A stretch of DNA of 64,000 nucleotides from contig CAZCYO010000003.1 of the NCBI GenBank assembly GCA_964503265.1, positions 23,740 through 87,739 on the forward strand, written 5' to 3'. Origin of the DNA: an uncultured Gammaproteobacteria bacterium. GTDB lineage: Bacteria > Patescibacteriota > Microgenomatia > Levybacterales > UBA12049. The notes beneath the pieces were generated by a model. That model was given only the letters and a program-made list of their open reading frames with translations, searched no databases and was not told the origin of the DNA. Numbering within the stretch: the first letter of the stretch is position 1; each line of letters opens with the position of its first letter. The position numbers and the translations under genes were made by a program. Positions 53,632 to 63,967 of this stretch are shown here, piece by piece.

Positions 53632-55206
53632 ATGGTAGTCGTCATCGACTTTGGTTCCCAGACAGCACATCTTATTGAGCGCCGCTTAAAATCTCTTCAT
53701 GTCGAAACTGCTTTTGTAACACCTGATAACGCACTTCCCTACATAAAATCTCACTCCGTTTCTGGAATCGTATTTTCTGGTGGCCCTGCATCTGTATATG
53801 CAAAAAACTCACCGAAAATTGATCCAGAAATTTTAACCCTCGGCACTCCCCTGCTCGCGATTTGTTATGGAGCGCAGTTGACTATGCAGATGCTTGGTGG
53901 AACTGTGGTTGCTGGAAAAAAAGAATATGGACCAGCATCCTTGAAAATAAAACCCGAAGCACGAAATCAGAAATCCGAAAAAGAAGGTTTCGAGATTCGA
54001 GATTCGAAATTCGAGATTACCGAAGGTATGCCTGAAGAATCTGTTGTCTGGATGAGTCATGGGGATGAGATTGAATCACTACCTGTGGGGTTTACTGTAC
54101 TAGGCGAGACACTATATGCGAAAAATGCATTTAGTTTTAATGAAGAAAAGAAGATAGTGGCGGCACTTTTCCATCCAGAAGTAGAGCATAGTGAAATAGG
54201 AATGCAGCTACTTGAAAACTTCGTGAATTATATAGGAGCGGCGAAAAAAGTACATACCATAGATAGTGCGTTACTGGAGAAACAGATAAAAGAGAAAGTG
54301 GGAGATAAAATAGTAATCGGAGCAGTTTCCGGTGGTGTGGATTCGACTGTAGCTGCTGCGTTAACCGCTCGTGCTATCGGGAAACAGTTTATCCCTTTTT
54401 ATGTTGATAATGGCTTAATGCGTGAAGGAACGACAGAATTTGTGACGAGCATTTTTAACAATATAGGTATTCCTGTCACGATTCTTACGGTTGAGAAAGA
54501 GATGCTTAAACGGCTTAAAGGAGTGATTGATCCTGAGAAGAAACGAAAAATTATTGGAGCATATTATATAGAGCTTTTTGAAAAGGAGATGGAGAAGTTA
54601 CTTAAAAAAGGAATAGATGTAGCCTTTCTTCTCCAAGGAACCATCTATTCTGATGTTATTGAAAGTAAAGGAACAAAACACGCCAGTAAAATTAAAAGTC
54701 ATCACAATGTCGGAGGGCTGCCGAAGCATATGAAATTAAAGCTTCTAGAGCCTCTTAGAACGTTTTATAAGGACGAAGTGCGTCATATTGGGGCCACGCT
54801 TGGATTGCCAGAGGAGTTCGTACATAAACAGCCCTTTCCAGGCCCTGGATATGGAATTAGAATCCGCGGGGAAGTGACGAAACAGCGTTTAGAGAAAGAG
54901 CGATTAGCAGATAGCATTGTGCTTGAAGAAATTGAAAAAGCTGGACTGATGCGAGACGTATTCCTCTCTTTTGCTATCATGTCTGGTGCACAGTCAACTG
55001 CGGTTAAAGGAGACGGACGATTTTTTGGAGAAGTCGTAGCAGTACGTGTCGTTAATTCTCAGGATGTGATGACATCGACCTGGACACAACTCCCCTACTC
55101 TGTACTTCAATCAATCTCAAGTCGAATTATTAATGAGGTTCCAGGGATCTCAAGAGTGGTTTATGATATTACGACGAAACCCCCTGCAACGATGGAATGG
55201 GAGTGA
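53632..55206 (+). CDS. guaA: GMP synthase (glutamine-hydrolysing)
   Basis: N-terminal class I GATase (ICYGAQL), PP-loop SGGVDSTVAAAL, and the conserved C-terminal dimerisation domain. Confidence 0.9.
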   Translation: MVVVIDFGSQTAHLIERRLKSLHVETAFVTPDNALPYIKSHSVSGIVFSGGPASVYAKNSPKIDPEILTLGTPLLAICYGAQLTMQMLGGTVVAGKKEYGPASLKIKPEARNQKSEKEGFEIRDSKFEITEGMPEESVVWMSHGDEIESLPVGFTVLGETLYAKNAFSFNEEKKIVAALFHPEVEHSEIGMQLLENFVNYIGAAKKVHTIDSALLEKQIKEKVGDKIVIGAVSGGVDSTVAAALTARAIGKQFIPFYVDNGLMREGTTEFVTSIFNNIGIPVTILTVEKEMLKRLKGVIDPEKKRKIIGAYYIELFEKEMEKLLKKGIDVAFLLQGTIYSDVIESKGTKHASKIKSHHNVGGLPKHMKLKLLEPLRTFYKDEVRHIGATLGLPEEFVHKQPFPGPGYGIRIRGEVTKQRLEKERLADSIVLEEIEKAGLMRDVFLSFAIMSGAQSTAVKGDGRFFGEVVAVRVVNSQDVMTSTWTQLPYSVLQSISSRIINEVPGISRVVYDITTKPPATMEWE

Positions 55207-55212
55207 TAATGA

Positions 55213-55965
55213 CTAAGAGTTAAGAATAAATTTCTCAATCACATGTGATAATCCATCGTCATCTACACTTGGTGCGACGTAGTCTGCAATTGCTTTTAGA
55301 TCGTCAGACGCATTTCCCATCGCAATTTTCAGTCCACACGCCATGAGAAGTGGGAAATCGTTACCACCGTCCCCGACCCCAATTATCTCTGACGGATCGA
55401 TATTCAGGATGTTAGCTACTTCATAAATCCCATATTGTTTGGTCGCTGCTGTGTGAGAAAAAAGTATTTGATGCATGCCGGGTGTCCATGAATGTACTTT
55501 ATGTGTGATGATACTTGGATGTCCTATTAGTCGGTCATGAAATCTATCTGCTTCTTCTTCTGTGATGGGGCCTGAAAAAAGTCCAAGTGCTTTTAGTGAT
55601 AAAGCATCTTTTGTAAATGTTACTTCCTCATCACCTGAGTCAATAATAAGAGGAATATGTTCTTCCTTACTTATCGAAAGTATATATTCACAATCTTCAG
55701 GAAGCATTGCTTGTTCGTGAAGCACTGCTCCATCTGAGAGATTGATTACTCGTGCACCTCCTTGGACGACTGCGGGACCTGTTAAGCCAAGTGAATGAGC
55801 AATTGGGAGAACTAAGTACGGTGGTCTTCCTGTTGCAATACCTACATGAATATAGTCTTTTGCTTTCATGACAGCTTCAGTGACACGAGGCGTTGGAATG
55901 GCTTCACGATCCAGGGGTAAGAGCGTCCCGTCCATATCTGTCATGAGTGCTTTATATTTGATCAT
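55213..55965 (-). CDS. Cof-type HAD-IIB family hydrolase
   Basis: MTDMDGTLL motif I and GDGGNDFPLL motif IV. Confidence 0.8.
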   Translation of the reverse strand: MIKYKALMTDMDGTLLPLDREAIPTPRVTEAVMKAKDYIHVGIATGRPPYLVLPIAHSLGLTGPAVVQGGARVINLSDGAVLHEQAMLPEDCEYILSISKEEHIPLIIDSGDEEVTFTKDALSLKALGLFSGPITEEEADRFHDRLIGHPSIITHKVHSWTPGMHQILFSHTAATKQYGIYEVANILNIDPSEIIGVGDGGNDFPLLMACGLKIAMGNASDDLKAIADYVAPSVDDDGLSHVIEKFILNS

Positions 55966-56035
55966 AACTTCTCATTCTACTGCAAATGCTTATGCGTTGC
56001 AAAGTAAGTACCACATGTTACAATGACTCTGCTCT

Positions 56036-57805
56036 ATGGACCAAGTTTCCCAAATTCGTGATGCAGTTGATATCGTGGCGCTTATCGGTGAATATATTTC
56101 GCTTAAAAAAGCAGGTCGAAATTTTAAGTCGCCTTGTCCCTTTCATAATGAAAAATCTCCTTCTTTTGTCGTATCCCCTGAACGGCAAATTTGGCACTGT
56201 TTTGGGTGTGGAAAAGGTGGAGATTGTTATACATTCCTCATGGAGTATGAGCATTTAGAATTTCCTGAAGCACTTCGAGCACTTGCGAAACGAACAGGAG
56301 TTGAGTTGCATCAAAGTGAGTTTGAATCATCCACAAGTTCAAAAAAAGAGTCTATTTATCATTTAAATAAATTAGCAGCAGAGTTTTATCACTTTATTCT
56401 TATGAACCATAAAGCTGGTGAGAAGGCACGGGAGTATCTAAAGAGTCGAAATGTAAGTGAGAAGGTACTGAATTCATTTCTTATTGGGTATGCTCCAAGT
56501 GGTGCTGCGTTGACGACGTATTTGCTTCAGAAAAAAAAAGTTAATAAAGAGGAGCTCATTGAAAGTGGCCTTGTGACAGATCGTGGATATCAGGTGAAAG
56601 ACTTTTTCTGGGATCGAATTATGTTTCCTCTTTTTGATCATAGGGATAATATCGTTGGATTTTCAGGGAGAATTTTAACTGAGGAAGCCAATGGACCCAA
56701 ATATATTAACACGCGAGAAACCCTCGTATACCACAAAGGTGATATGTTTTTTGGTCTAAATATGACGAAAGAAGCGATTAAAAAGGAAAACCAAGCGCTT
56801 CTCGTTGAAGGAGAGTTTGACGTGTTATCGTGTTTTCAGAACGGTGTACCAAATGTCGTGGCTGTCAAAGGAACTGCGCTTACTGAACGCCAGGTCGCAC
56901 TGCTGGGTCGTTTCGCGCAGAAACTAACTGTTTGTTTTGATGGAGATCGTGCTGGTCAGGACGCGATCAAACGAAGTCTCCCAATCATCGAGAAAAAAGG
57001 ATTAACTACGACAGTTGTCGTTATCCCAGGCGGAAAAGATCCAGATGAATCGATAAAGAATGATCCAACAGCATTTAAAATAGCGGTAAAAAACGATAGT
57101 GGTATTTATGATTATCTTCTTTCAAGTGCGCTTAAAAATTACGACAAGTCATCACTTGATGGGAAGAAAAAAATTTCAGAAGATCTCCTCCCTATTTTTT
57201 CAAGTATCCAGAATGAAATTATTAAAGAGCATTATTTAAAGAAAGTAAGTCAAGAACTTGATACGACGTATGAAAGTATCTTGAGAGAACTTGAGCGAAT
57301 GCAAAAAAGAGAAACTCCTCGGGTTGAAGAAAGTATTATTCCACGAGCGAAAAATTCACCGATTGAAAGTCGCGAAGAATATTTGCTTTCGCTAATCATT
57401 CAATCAGATGTACCGAAAGTGACGCTTGAGAAAGCAGTGAGTATTTTGTCAGAAGCACTGGGAAAAGAGCGTGCGTATCAGAAAATTTTGCACCATCTTC
57501 TCTCTTACTTTGAAACCATACAGGAATTTAATAGTCAGCAATTTGGTAACTCTCTTCCTACAGAGCTTGCACCCGCGTATGATAAATCACTCCTTTTTCC
57601 ACTGTCTTCAGCCTTAACTGGTGAGATGCGAATCAAGGAAGTCATTAAAGTAGCGACACATCTGAAAGAAATGTATCTTAAAGAGCGCATAAAGTATTTA
57701 ACTGACGAGATAAATAAAAAAGAATCTGAAGGGGCAGCAGAAGAAGAAGTTAATTTACTTAAAGGACAATTCTCTCAAACAGCGGCACTTCTTCAGAAAA
57801 TTTAA
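56036..57805 (+). CDS. dnaG: DNA primase DnaG
   Basis: Zinc ribbon CPFHNEKSPSFVVSPERQIWHCFGCGKGGD and TOPRIM EGEFDVLS...DGDRAGQ. Confidence 0.9.
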   Translation: MDQVSQIRDAVDIVALIGEYISLKKAGRNFKSPCPFHNEKSPSFVVSPERQIWHCFGCGKGGDCYTFLMEYEHLEFPEALRALAKRTGVELHQSEFESSTSSKKESIYHLNKLAAEFYHFILMNHKAGEKAREYLKSRNVSEKVLNSFLIGYAPSGAALTTYLLQKKKVNKEELIESGLVTDRGYQVKDFFWDRIMFPLFDHRDNIVGFSGRILTEEANGPKYINTRETLVYHKGDMFFGLNMTKEAIKKENQALLVEGEFDVLSCFQNGVPNVVAVKGTALTERQVALLGRFAQKLTVCFDGDRAGQDAIKRSLPIIEKKGLTTTVVVIPGGKDPDESIKNDPTAFKIAVKNDSGIYDYLLSSALKNYDKSSLDGKKKISEDLLPIFSSIQNEIIKEHYLKKVSQELDTTYESILRELERMQKRETPRVEESIIPRAKNSPIESREEYLLSLIIQSDVPKVTLEKAVSILSEALGKERAYQKILHHLLSYFETIQEFNSQQFGNSLPTELAPAYDKSLLFPLSSALTGEMRIKEVIKVATHLKEMYLKERIKYLTDEINKKESEGAAEEEVNLLKGQFSQTAALLQKI

Positions 57806-57806
57806 T

Positions 57807-59588
57807 TTATGGCGTTACCTCAAGTGGTTGTTTTGTTTCAATAATGGCAGATATTCGTAACGTTTTTTCATCTGATTTGATTGCTATCGCTTTTTTTGCC
57901 GCCACAAGTGCTGCTTCGTGGTGACTAAGCAGATATTCACTCTGGGCAAGCTGTATCCATAAGTCATGATCATTTGGATATTGTTTTAATCCTTCTAAAC
58001 AAATACGTCGTGCATTTTCTGCATCGTGTAGTAATAAATACATAAAACTTAAACGAATATAGGTAAAAGAAAGTCGTTTTTTTGGATTAAGATAAAAACT
58101 TCGAGCATGTAAGGCTTTACGATAGTACATTTCAGCTTCCTTGAAATTTCCTTTCCACTCTGAAAAAAGCCCTAAATTATCGTAATTAGCTTCATTTGGG
58201 GAAAGTGCGACGGATTTTTTGTAGTGGGTAAGGGTTTTATCTAACTCCCCGATGACTCCATAGGCTGAGCCTAAATTTAACTCCAGTTCATAATTGGTTT
58301 CTATTTGAATATCATGTGAATACAGCGAAATTTCATTCACAAAATTTGCATTACGCATCATTGTGCGAACAGAAAAAATGATAAGAAGGAGAACAGCAGT
58401 TGTGACCAGTATCGAATGTGCTTTTTTGCGTATCAGAAACTGGTCTACTAGCACACCTATCATGCCGAGTAATCCGATTATTGGAAAGTAGAACCATCGA
58501 TCAGCGACAGTCATATCAAGAGGTACGATCTGCATATGCATACCAAGTCCGATGAGAAACCACACTCCAAAAAATACGTAGCTCTTAAGAGCAGTACTTT
58601 TTATACGATGTAAATACCAAGCAAAGAAAAAAAGAATTCCAAAAAAGAGAAGTGAACAGAGAAGCGGTAGATAAAATGTTTTGAGTGTTAGCGTTGTTAT
58701 CACCCATGTCTGGTCTACTGCAAGTCTGACTGGATAGAAAAATGTTTTAATATAATACAGTAGAATACTGGGAATCATAGAGAGTCTCTCTATAAAAGAC
58801 AGTTCCATAATCGGAACAAACCTTCCATCTGACACTGTCGTTCCTGACCCTAAAAAACTGGTTTCAAATGATGAAAAAAATACTTTCCCGATACCTACTC
58901 TGAGATACAGATACACAATAAAAACGATAGCTTGTGAAAAAAGCAGTTTTAAAAGAGAAGCTCTCTTATATAAACATGTATAGGCAAGTGTTATAAGAAA
59001 AAAGAGAATCCCCCCCTCTTTGGTTAGTAATGAGAGAAATAGTAAGCATGCAATAGCGAAAGTCGAGATAGTTGAAAGCGTTTTTTTCGTGATACACACT
59101 AGCAAAGCACTGAGTCCAAAGAGGACATATAAAGGGCTTATGGTCGCGCCGATAAATGCCACTGATTCAACATTCATTGGGTGGACTAGAAAAAAAAGTG
59201 CTGCGATGAGAGATACTTCTTTGCGGAAAAAATAGGTAAACAGTCTAAAAATAAGTACAGTATTTATCAAATGAATTGTTATTTGAACGAAGTGATAAAA
59301 AAAAGCCTGATCTTTAAAGAATGCATAGAGCATGGAGAAATAAAAAGCTGGGAATGGTCGATAATACCCATCTTTATTAAAATAGCTGCTCCCAATTATT
59401 TTAGTGAGTGAAAACTGATGGATATCAGGATTATTAAGAATATAGGACTTATCATCCCATACGAATCCATTGTATAGTGCATTAAAAAAAACGACTATTC
59501 CAACCAGAACGATAATACTTAGTGCCTTTTTATTTGTTAGTGGAATGAATAATTGTTTGAAAGAAAAATCGTCTTCGATTTCACGCAT
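57807..59588 (-). CDS. GT-C-type membrane glycosyltransferase-like protein with C-terminal TPR (paralog of 8281-9726)
   Basis: N-terminal loop FVWDDKSYIL (DD/DE motif), ~11 TM helices, C-terminal TPR repeats. Confidence 0.55.
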   Translation of the reverse strand: MREIEDDFSFKQLFIPLTNKKALSIIVLVGIVVFFNALYNGFVWDDKSYILNNPDIHQFSLTKIIGSSYFNKDGYYRPFPAFYFSMLYAFFKDQAFFYHFVQITIHLINTVLIFRLFTYFFRKEVSLIAALFFLVHPMNVESVAFIGATISPLYVLFGLSALLVCITKKTLSTISTFAIACLLFLSLLTKEGGILFFLITLAYTCLYKRASLLKLLFSQAIVFIVYLYLRVGIGKVFFSSFETSFLGSGTTVSDGRFVPIMELSFIERLSMIPSILLYYIKTFFYPVRLAVDQTWVITTLTLKTFYLPLLCSLLFFGILFFFAWYLHRIKSTALKSYVFFGVWFLIGLGMHMQIVPLDMTVADRWFYFPIIGLLGMIGVLVDQFLIRKKAHSILVTTAVLLLIIFSVRTMMRNANFVNEISLYSHDIQIETNYELELNLGSAYGVIGELDKTLTHYKKSVALSPNEANYDNLGLFSEWKGNFKEAEMYYRKALHARSFYLNPKKRLSFTYIRLSFMYLLLHDAENARRICLEGLKQYPNDHDLWIQLAQSEYLLSHHEAALVAAKKAIAIKSDEKTLRISAIIETKQPLEVTP

Positions 59589-59759
59589 AGAGATAGCTTA
59601 GATTACCTCGTGTTGTATTTCAACTGACGCGATACTTTACTTTCTGTTTATGCTTGGCGATCGATGTATAATGTGTTATACTGTTAGTCACACTGACCCA
59701 CTGTTGACTCGTAAAAGAGTATAAATGACAGGAGGGTTTGTGTTTGTTGTATTTATCTT

Positions 59760-60842
59760 ATGAAGCAAAAGCTGCCAACTATTCTTACTGACATTGTTGC
59801 CTCTGCGAAGAAACGCGGATATATTACCCAAGAAGAAATCTTAGGTATTTTCTCCAAACCTGAAGAACACATCGAAGAACTCGATACTCTCTACGACAAG
59901 CTCATGACCTCTGCTATCGACGTATTTGAGAGTGTTGCTAAAGAAACCGAAGACGCAAAACCTATTGAAGACCTCGAGAAAGAACTTGAAGCACTAACCG
60001 TTCTTACTGAAGGAACAGTTTCAGATCCAGTTAGAATGTACTTAAAAGAAATTGGACGTATACCACTTCTCACGTTTGATCAAGAAATTGAACTTGCAAA
60101 ACGAGTTGAAGAAGGTGACATGACTGCCAAACAAACCCTCATTAACTCTAACTTGCGACTTGTGGTATCTATTGCGAAGAAATATATCGGTCGTGGCCTT
60201 TCACTTCTCGATTTAATCCAAGAAGGAAATCAAGGACTCATCCGAGCAGTTGAGAAATATGACTGGCGAAGAGGATATAAATTCTCCACGTATGCGACGT
60301 GGTGGATTCGTCAATCAGTAACTCGTGCTATTGCTGATCAAGCCCGAACCATTCGTATTCCAGTTCACATGGTCGAGAATATTAACAGATTCCTTCGAAC
60401 GAGTCGTAAACTCATGCAGGAATTAGGTCGTGAGCCAACTCCTGAAGAAGTGGCAGCAGTACTTGGAATTGAGCCAGAAAAAGCACTTGAGATCATTAAG
60501 ATTTCACAAAATCCAGCCTCACTGGAATCTCCTGTAGGAGACGAAGAAGATAGTCGTCTTGGAGATTTTATTCATGATACATCAGCACCGACTCTTTTTG
60601 ACTCAGCATCACGAGAGCTTCTTAAAGAACAGGTAGAGGAAGTACTTGCAACACTTTCAGATCGTGAACGAAAAGTGCTTGAAGAGCGATTTGGTCTAAA
60701 AGATGGACGTCCAAAGACACTTGAGGAAGTTGGACGACTGTTCGTCGTAACTCGAGAACGTATCCGACAGATTGAAGCAAAAGCACTTAGAAAACTTCGC
60801 CATCCATCTCGTGGTAATAAACTTCGAGATTATCTCGGATAA
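59760..60842 (+). CDS. rpoD: RNA polymerase sigma factor RpoD (sigma-70)
   Basis: Region 2 [27 protein letters not shown]. Region 4 [15 protein letters not shown]...[25 protein letters not shown]. Confidence 0.9.
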   Translation: MKQKLPTILTDIVASAKKRGYITQEEILGIFSKPEEHIEELDTLYDKLMTSAIDVFESVAKETEDAKPIEDLEKELEALTVLTEGTVSDPVRMYLKEIGRIPLLTFDQEIELAKRVEEGDMTAKQTLINSNLRLVVSIAKKYIGRGLSLLDLIQEGNQGLIRAVEKYDWRRGYKFSTYATWWIRQSVTRAIADQARTIRIPVHMVENINRFLRTSRKLMQELGREPTPEEVAAVLGIEPEKALEIIKISQNPASLESPVGDEEDSRLGDFIHDTSAPTLFDSASRELLKEQVEEVLATLSDRERKVLEERFGLKDGRPKTLEEVGRLFVVTRERIRQIEAKALRKLRHPSRGNKLRDYLG

Positions 60843-60860
60843 CCTCATTTCTTTCTCTTT

Positions 60861-61274
60861 TTGTCATTAGAGTTGCAATTTCATTCATTTTTTCTTATTG
60901 TAGTAAGTATGAAACGAATTATTAGTGAAGCAGTAGTTGCGGCTCTGCTTCTTATCATAGGCATAATTCAAGTGAGTAAGCATATATTCTCTGTGCTTGA
61001 GAACACGAATCCGTGGCCAATTATTATTGGTCTAGCATTTCTAATGCTTGGTTTCGCATTTCTTATCATGACATTCAAATCAATTTTTGTGTACCTAGCT
61101 GCTCAGAAGGAAAAAGAAGAACGTGGTATGACTGATGTGGTAGTCGTATCGGAGAGTAATTTACTAAAGCGAAATAACGAAATGGTAAGTACTTGGGAAA
61201 AAACGAACGAAGCTCGTGAACGATTAAAAATGCTTCAGATGGAAGCATCGAGTAAAGAAGAGCCTGCCGCTTGA
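60861..61274 (+). CDS. small membrane protein, unknown function
   Basis: Two TM helices then a charged C-terminus. Confidence 0.35.
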   Translation: MSLELQFHSFFLIVVSMKRIISEAVVAALLLIIGIIQVSKHIFSVLENTNPWPIIIGLAFLMLGFAFLIMTFKSIFVYLAAQKEKEERGMTDVVVVSESNLLKRNNEMVSTWEKTNEARERLKMLQMEASSKEEPAA

Positions 61275-61368
61275 GATCTCAGTTAGAAAAACCCTAGATT
61301 TCTTCCTCAGTAAATGTTAGAATAATCCAACGTTCGAGATCAGATACAGTATTTGATGCAGAACATAC

Positions 61369-61440
61369 TCCGCGATAGCTCAGCGGTAGAGCAGGTCGCT
61401 GTTAACGACAAGGTCCTAGGTTCAAATCCTAGTCGCGGAG
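61369..61440 (+). tRNA. tRNA-Asn (anticodon GUU)
   Basis: TCCGCGA-TA-GCTC-AGCGGTA-GAGC-A-GGTCG-CTGTTAA-CGACA-AGGTC-CTAGG-TTCAAAT-CCTAG-TCGCGGA-G. Confidence 0.75.
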
Positions 61441-61451
61441 CTCATAAAAAA

Positions 61452-61490
61452 ATACCATCCACTAGGGTGGTTTTTTTATGAGTTTCCAGA
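61452..61490 (+). terminator. rho-independent terminator after tRNA-Asn
   Basis: CCATCCACTAGGGTGG hairpin followed by TTTTTTT. Confidence 0.55.
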
Positions 61491-61619
61491 TAGGTTTTGT
61501 GCTTCAGCTCGAATCTCGCAACGAACGAAGTGTGTGGAGATCCCCGAAGGGAGCTAGTCGCGGAATAACATATTTTCAGCCTCAATTTTCATATACCCCC
61601 GAATAGGACGGTTTAACCT

Positions 61620-61829
61620 TTATTTGTCTTTATGCTCTACTTTTAGAATGATATTTGGTTTAACTTCAGCAACAGCGGGTAGGAGGTGATTTAAAATTTG
61701 TTCAGCTGTCATTCTGAATTCTTTTCCTTTTGCAGATATCTTTACCCAACCCTTTTCATCTTTATAGTATCTTTCGGTAAAGTTTTTGGTTCCCATCAAG
61801 ATTACGTAATTTTCATTTTTCAAATTCAT
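61620..61829 (-). CDS. hypothetical small protein
   Basis: 69-aa ORF. Confidence 0.3.
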   Translation of the reverse strand: MNLKNENYVILMGTKNFTERYYKDEKGWVKISAKGKEFRMTAEQILNHLLPAVAEVKPNIILKVEHKDK

Positions 61830-61926
61830 AACCGAATTCTAGCATAATAGTTTCTGACATTTTCTATTAGGTAGAGCCAAATTAAAGCTCTTTATCAAAT
61901 TAATTTAATTTGCTATCATATAATCT

Positions 61927-62352
61927 ATGAGAACAATACATCCTTGGATTAACTTCAACGGTAATGCAGAAGAAGCATTTACATTTTATAAATCAGTATT
62001 CGGTGGAGAATTTACGAAAGTAGTGCGGTTTAAAGACCTCTCGAGCGCTGAATACCAAGTACCAGAAAAAGAGGAAAATAAAACAATGTATATTGCGTTA
62101 CCTATCGCTCCAGGTACTACGCTGATCGCAAATGATGTTCCAGAAATCCTGGGAAGAGTAAATGAGCGTGAAAATAGAAGCAAGATTTTAGTAAATACGG
62201 AAAGTAAAGAAGAGGCAGAGCGATTATTTACTGGGCTCTCTAGCGGCGGAGAAGTAGAAGGACCTATGGGAGACAGTCCATGGGGCTCATATGCGGGTAT
62301 GTTTCGAGATAAATACGGTATTGAGTGGATAATAGAATTTACATCTGAATAA
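61927..62352 (+). CDS. VOC (glyoxalase/PhnB-like) family protein
   Basis: IHPWINFNGNAEEAFTFYKSVFGG...DKYGIEWII pattern of PhnB-like VOC proteins. Confidence 0.6.
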   Translation: MRTIHPWINFNGNAEEAFTFYKSVFGGEFTKVVRFKDLSSAEYQVPEKEENKTMYIALPIAPGTTLIANDVPEILGRVNERENRSKILVNTESKEEAERLFTGLSSGGEVEGPMGDSPWGSYAGMFRDKYGIEWIIEFTSE

Positions 62353-62357
62353 ATAAC

Positions 62358-62858
62358 ATGAGTAAACTAATTACATGCATCTGGTTTGCGGGCAATGACG
62401 GAGAAGAGGCAATACATTACTACATAGACACGTTTAAATCAGCCCCTGGTAATCATGATGCAAAACTTGGAGATATTACAAAAGCACCTAAGGCATCTGA
62501 AGAAGTTTCTGGTAGACCTGAGGGGTCCGTTCTGACAGTTGAGTGCGACCTTGATGGAATTAGTTTTATGGCTCTTAACGGAGGCCCTGTTGATCAATTC
62601 AAGCTTAATGGGTCTACCTCTTTTATCGTTGAGTGCGAAACACAAGAAGAAATTGATTTCTTCTGGGAAAAACTTTCAGCAGTCCCTGAAGCTGAACAGT
62701 GCGGATGGTGCACAGACAAATTTGGTGTCACATGGCAGATAGTACCAAGGATTTTGGATGAAATGATGCGTGACCCTCAAAAAACGGAGGCAGTAACAAA
62801 AGTCTTCCTGCCAATGAAAAAACTTGATCTTGAAGCAATCCGAAAAGCTGGCGAATAA
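62358..62858 (+). CDS. VOC (PhnB / 3-demethylubiquinone-9 methyltransferase-like) family protein, tandem paralog
   Basis: ITCIWFAGNDGEEAIHYY...CGWCTDKFGVTWQIVP hallmark. Confidence 0.65.
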   Translation: MSKLITCIWFAGNDGEEAIHYYIDTFKSAPGNHDAKLGDITKAPKASEEVSGRPEGSVLTVECDLDGISFMALNGGPVDQFKLNGSTSFIVECETQEEIDFFWEKLSAVPEAEQCGWCTDKFGVTWQIVPRILDEMMRDPQKTEAVTKVFLPMKKLDLEAIRKAGE

Positions 62859-63028
62859 AGATACAGCCAAAAAAACTTTTCCTGTTTTTCCCAAACTCAA
62901 TTAGCTTAATTTCATAAATTAGGATCTCATACTGTCTCATCCTCTGAACATATAGAGTTCTCTACAGATTTCTTCGTTGGTTATCTATTACCACATTCCT
63001 TTTGAAAGTAATTTGCTAGAATAACGAT

Positions 63029-63640
63029 ATGAGTAATATAAAAGTTTCCGCTGGGATGGCTATTTCTCTGGATGGGTTTACGGCTGGGGTGAATCAAAGT
63101 TTTGAAAAACCGTTTGGAGATAATTTCGATACGGATTTATTGGATCGTTGGATGTTTGCTGAGCCTGAGAAACACAAACATAAAAAAGAAATAGACGCTA
63201 TTTTAGATGCTGGTGCATTCATTATGGGGAGTAATATGTTTGGACCGAAAGACAGGAGAGATTCACCGGAATGGAAAGGGTGGTGGGGAGACAATCCTCC
63301 ATATCATGCTCCCGTTTTCGTGCTCTCTCATACAGAGCGGGAACCGATAGAAATGGAGGGCGGGACGACATTTTTCTTCGTAACTGACGGCATTGAGTCA
63401 GCACTTTCAAAGGCGAAAGAAGTAGCAGGAAATCGAGATGTGAAGATTAACGGAGGAGCACATACTCTCAATCAATATTTAGCGGCTGGACTTGTTGACG
63501 AATTGTGGCTACATATAGTTCCTGTAACTATTGGAGAGGGAACACGACTGTTTGAAGGAGTACCACATCTTAATCTCCAACCGATCGAAGTGAGTGGAAC
63601 TAGTTTCGTGACACATATTAGATACACTGTTTTACAATAG
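63029..63640 (+). CDS. dihydrofolate reductase-like / RibD C-terminal domain family protein
   Basis: VSAGMAISLDGFTAGVN...INGGAHTLNQYLAAGLVDELWLHIVPVTIGEGTRLF pattern. Confidence 0.65.
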   Translation: MSNIKVSAGMAISLDGFTAGVNQSFEKPFGDNFDTDLLDRWMFAEPEKHKHKKEIDAILDAGAFIMGSNMFGPKDRRDSPEWKGWWGDNPPYHAPVFVLSHTEREPIEMEGGTTFFFVTDGIESALSKAKEVAGNRDVKINGGAHTLNQYLAAGLVDELWLHIVPVTIGEGTRLFEGVPHLNLQPIEVSGTSFVTHIRYTVLQ

Positions 63641-63766
63641 ATGCTGATTATTTCTACCAGCTGACTTACAATCTCATAGTTTGATACCCCACTTCTTTCT
63701 TGGTATAATCCTTTTCGTAAGATCTCCAGAAACTGATCTGGGGATTACGAGTATAAGGAGGTTCAT

Positions 63767-63967
63767 ATGGCAACCTACCCTCTCTACCGTGTTCGGACGA
63801 TTATCAATCCGAACGATGAAGAACTAACTACTTTGCTCAACACTATGAGTAAAGAAGGATATCACCTTCTTAAAACGGTAGTGTTGCGTGAGCAAGGCGT
63901 TCGCGACCAACCACTGGCCAAAGTACAGTACATCTTTCTGCATAGTGCAGTAGACAGTGGCAGGTAA
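63767..63967 (+). CDS. hypothetical small protein
   Basis: 66-aa ORF preceded by an AAGGAGG Shine-Dalgarno. Confidence 0.35.
   Translation: MATYPLYRVRTIINPNDEELTTLLNTMSKEGYHLLKTVVLREQGVRDQPLAKVQYIFLHSAVDSGR

Noticed and set aside
59600-59760. sigma-70 promoter upstream of rpoD (TTGACT...TATAAAT)
   Set aside because: The spacing between the candidate -35 and -10 is about 10 nt, too short. I could not find a convincing alternative pairing.
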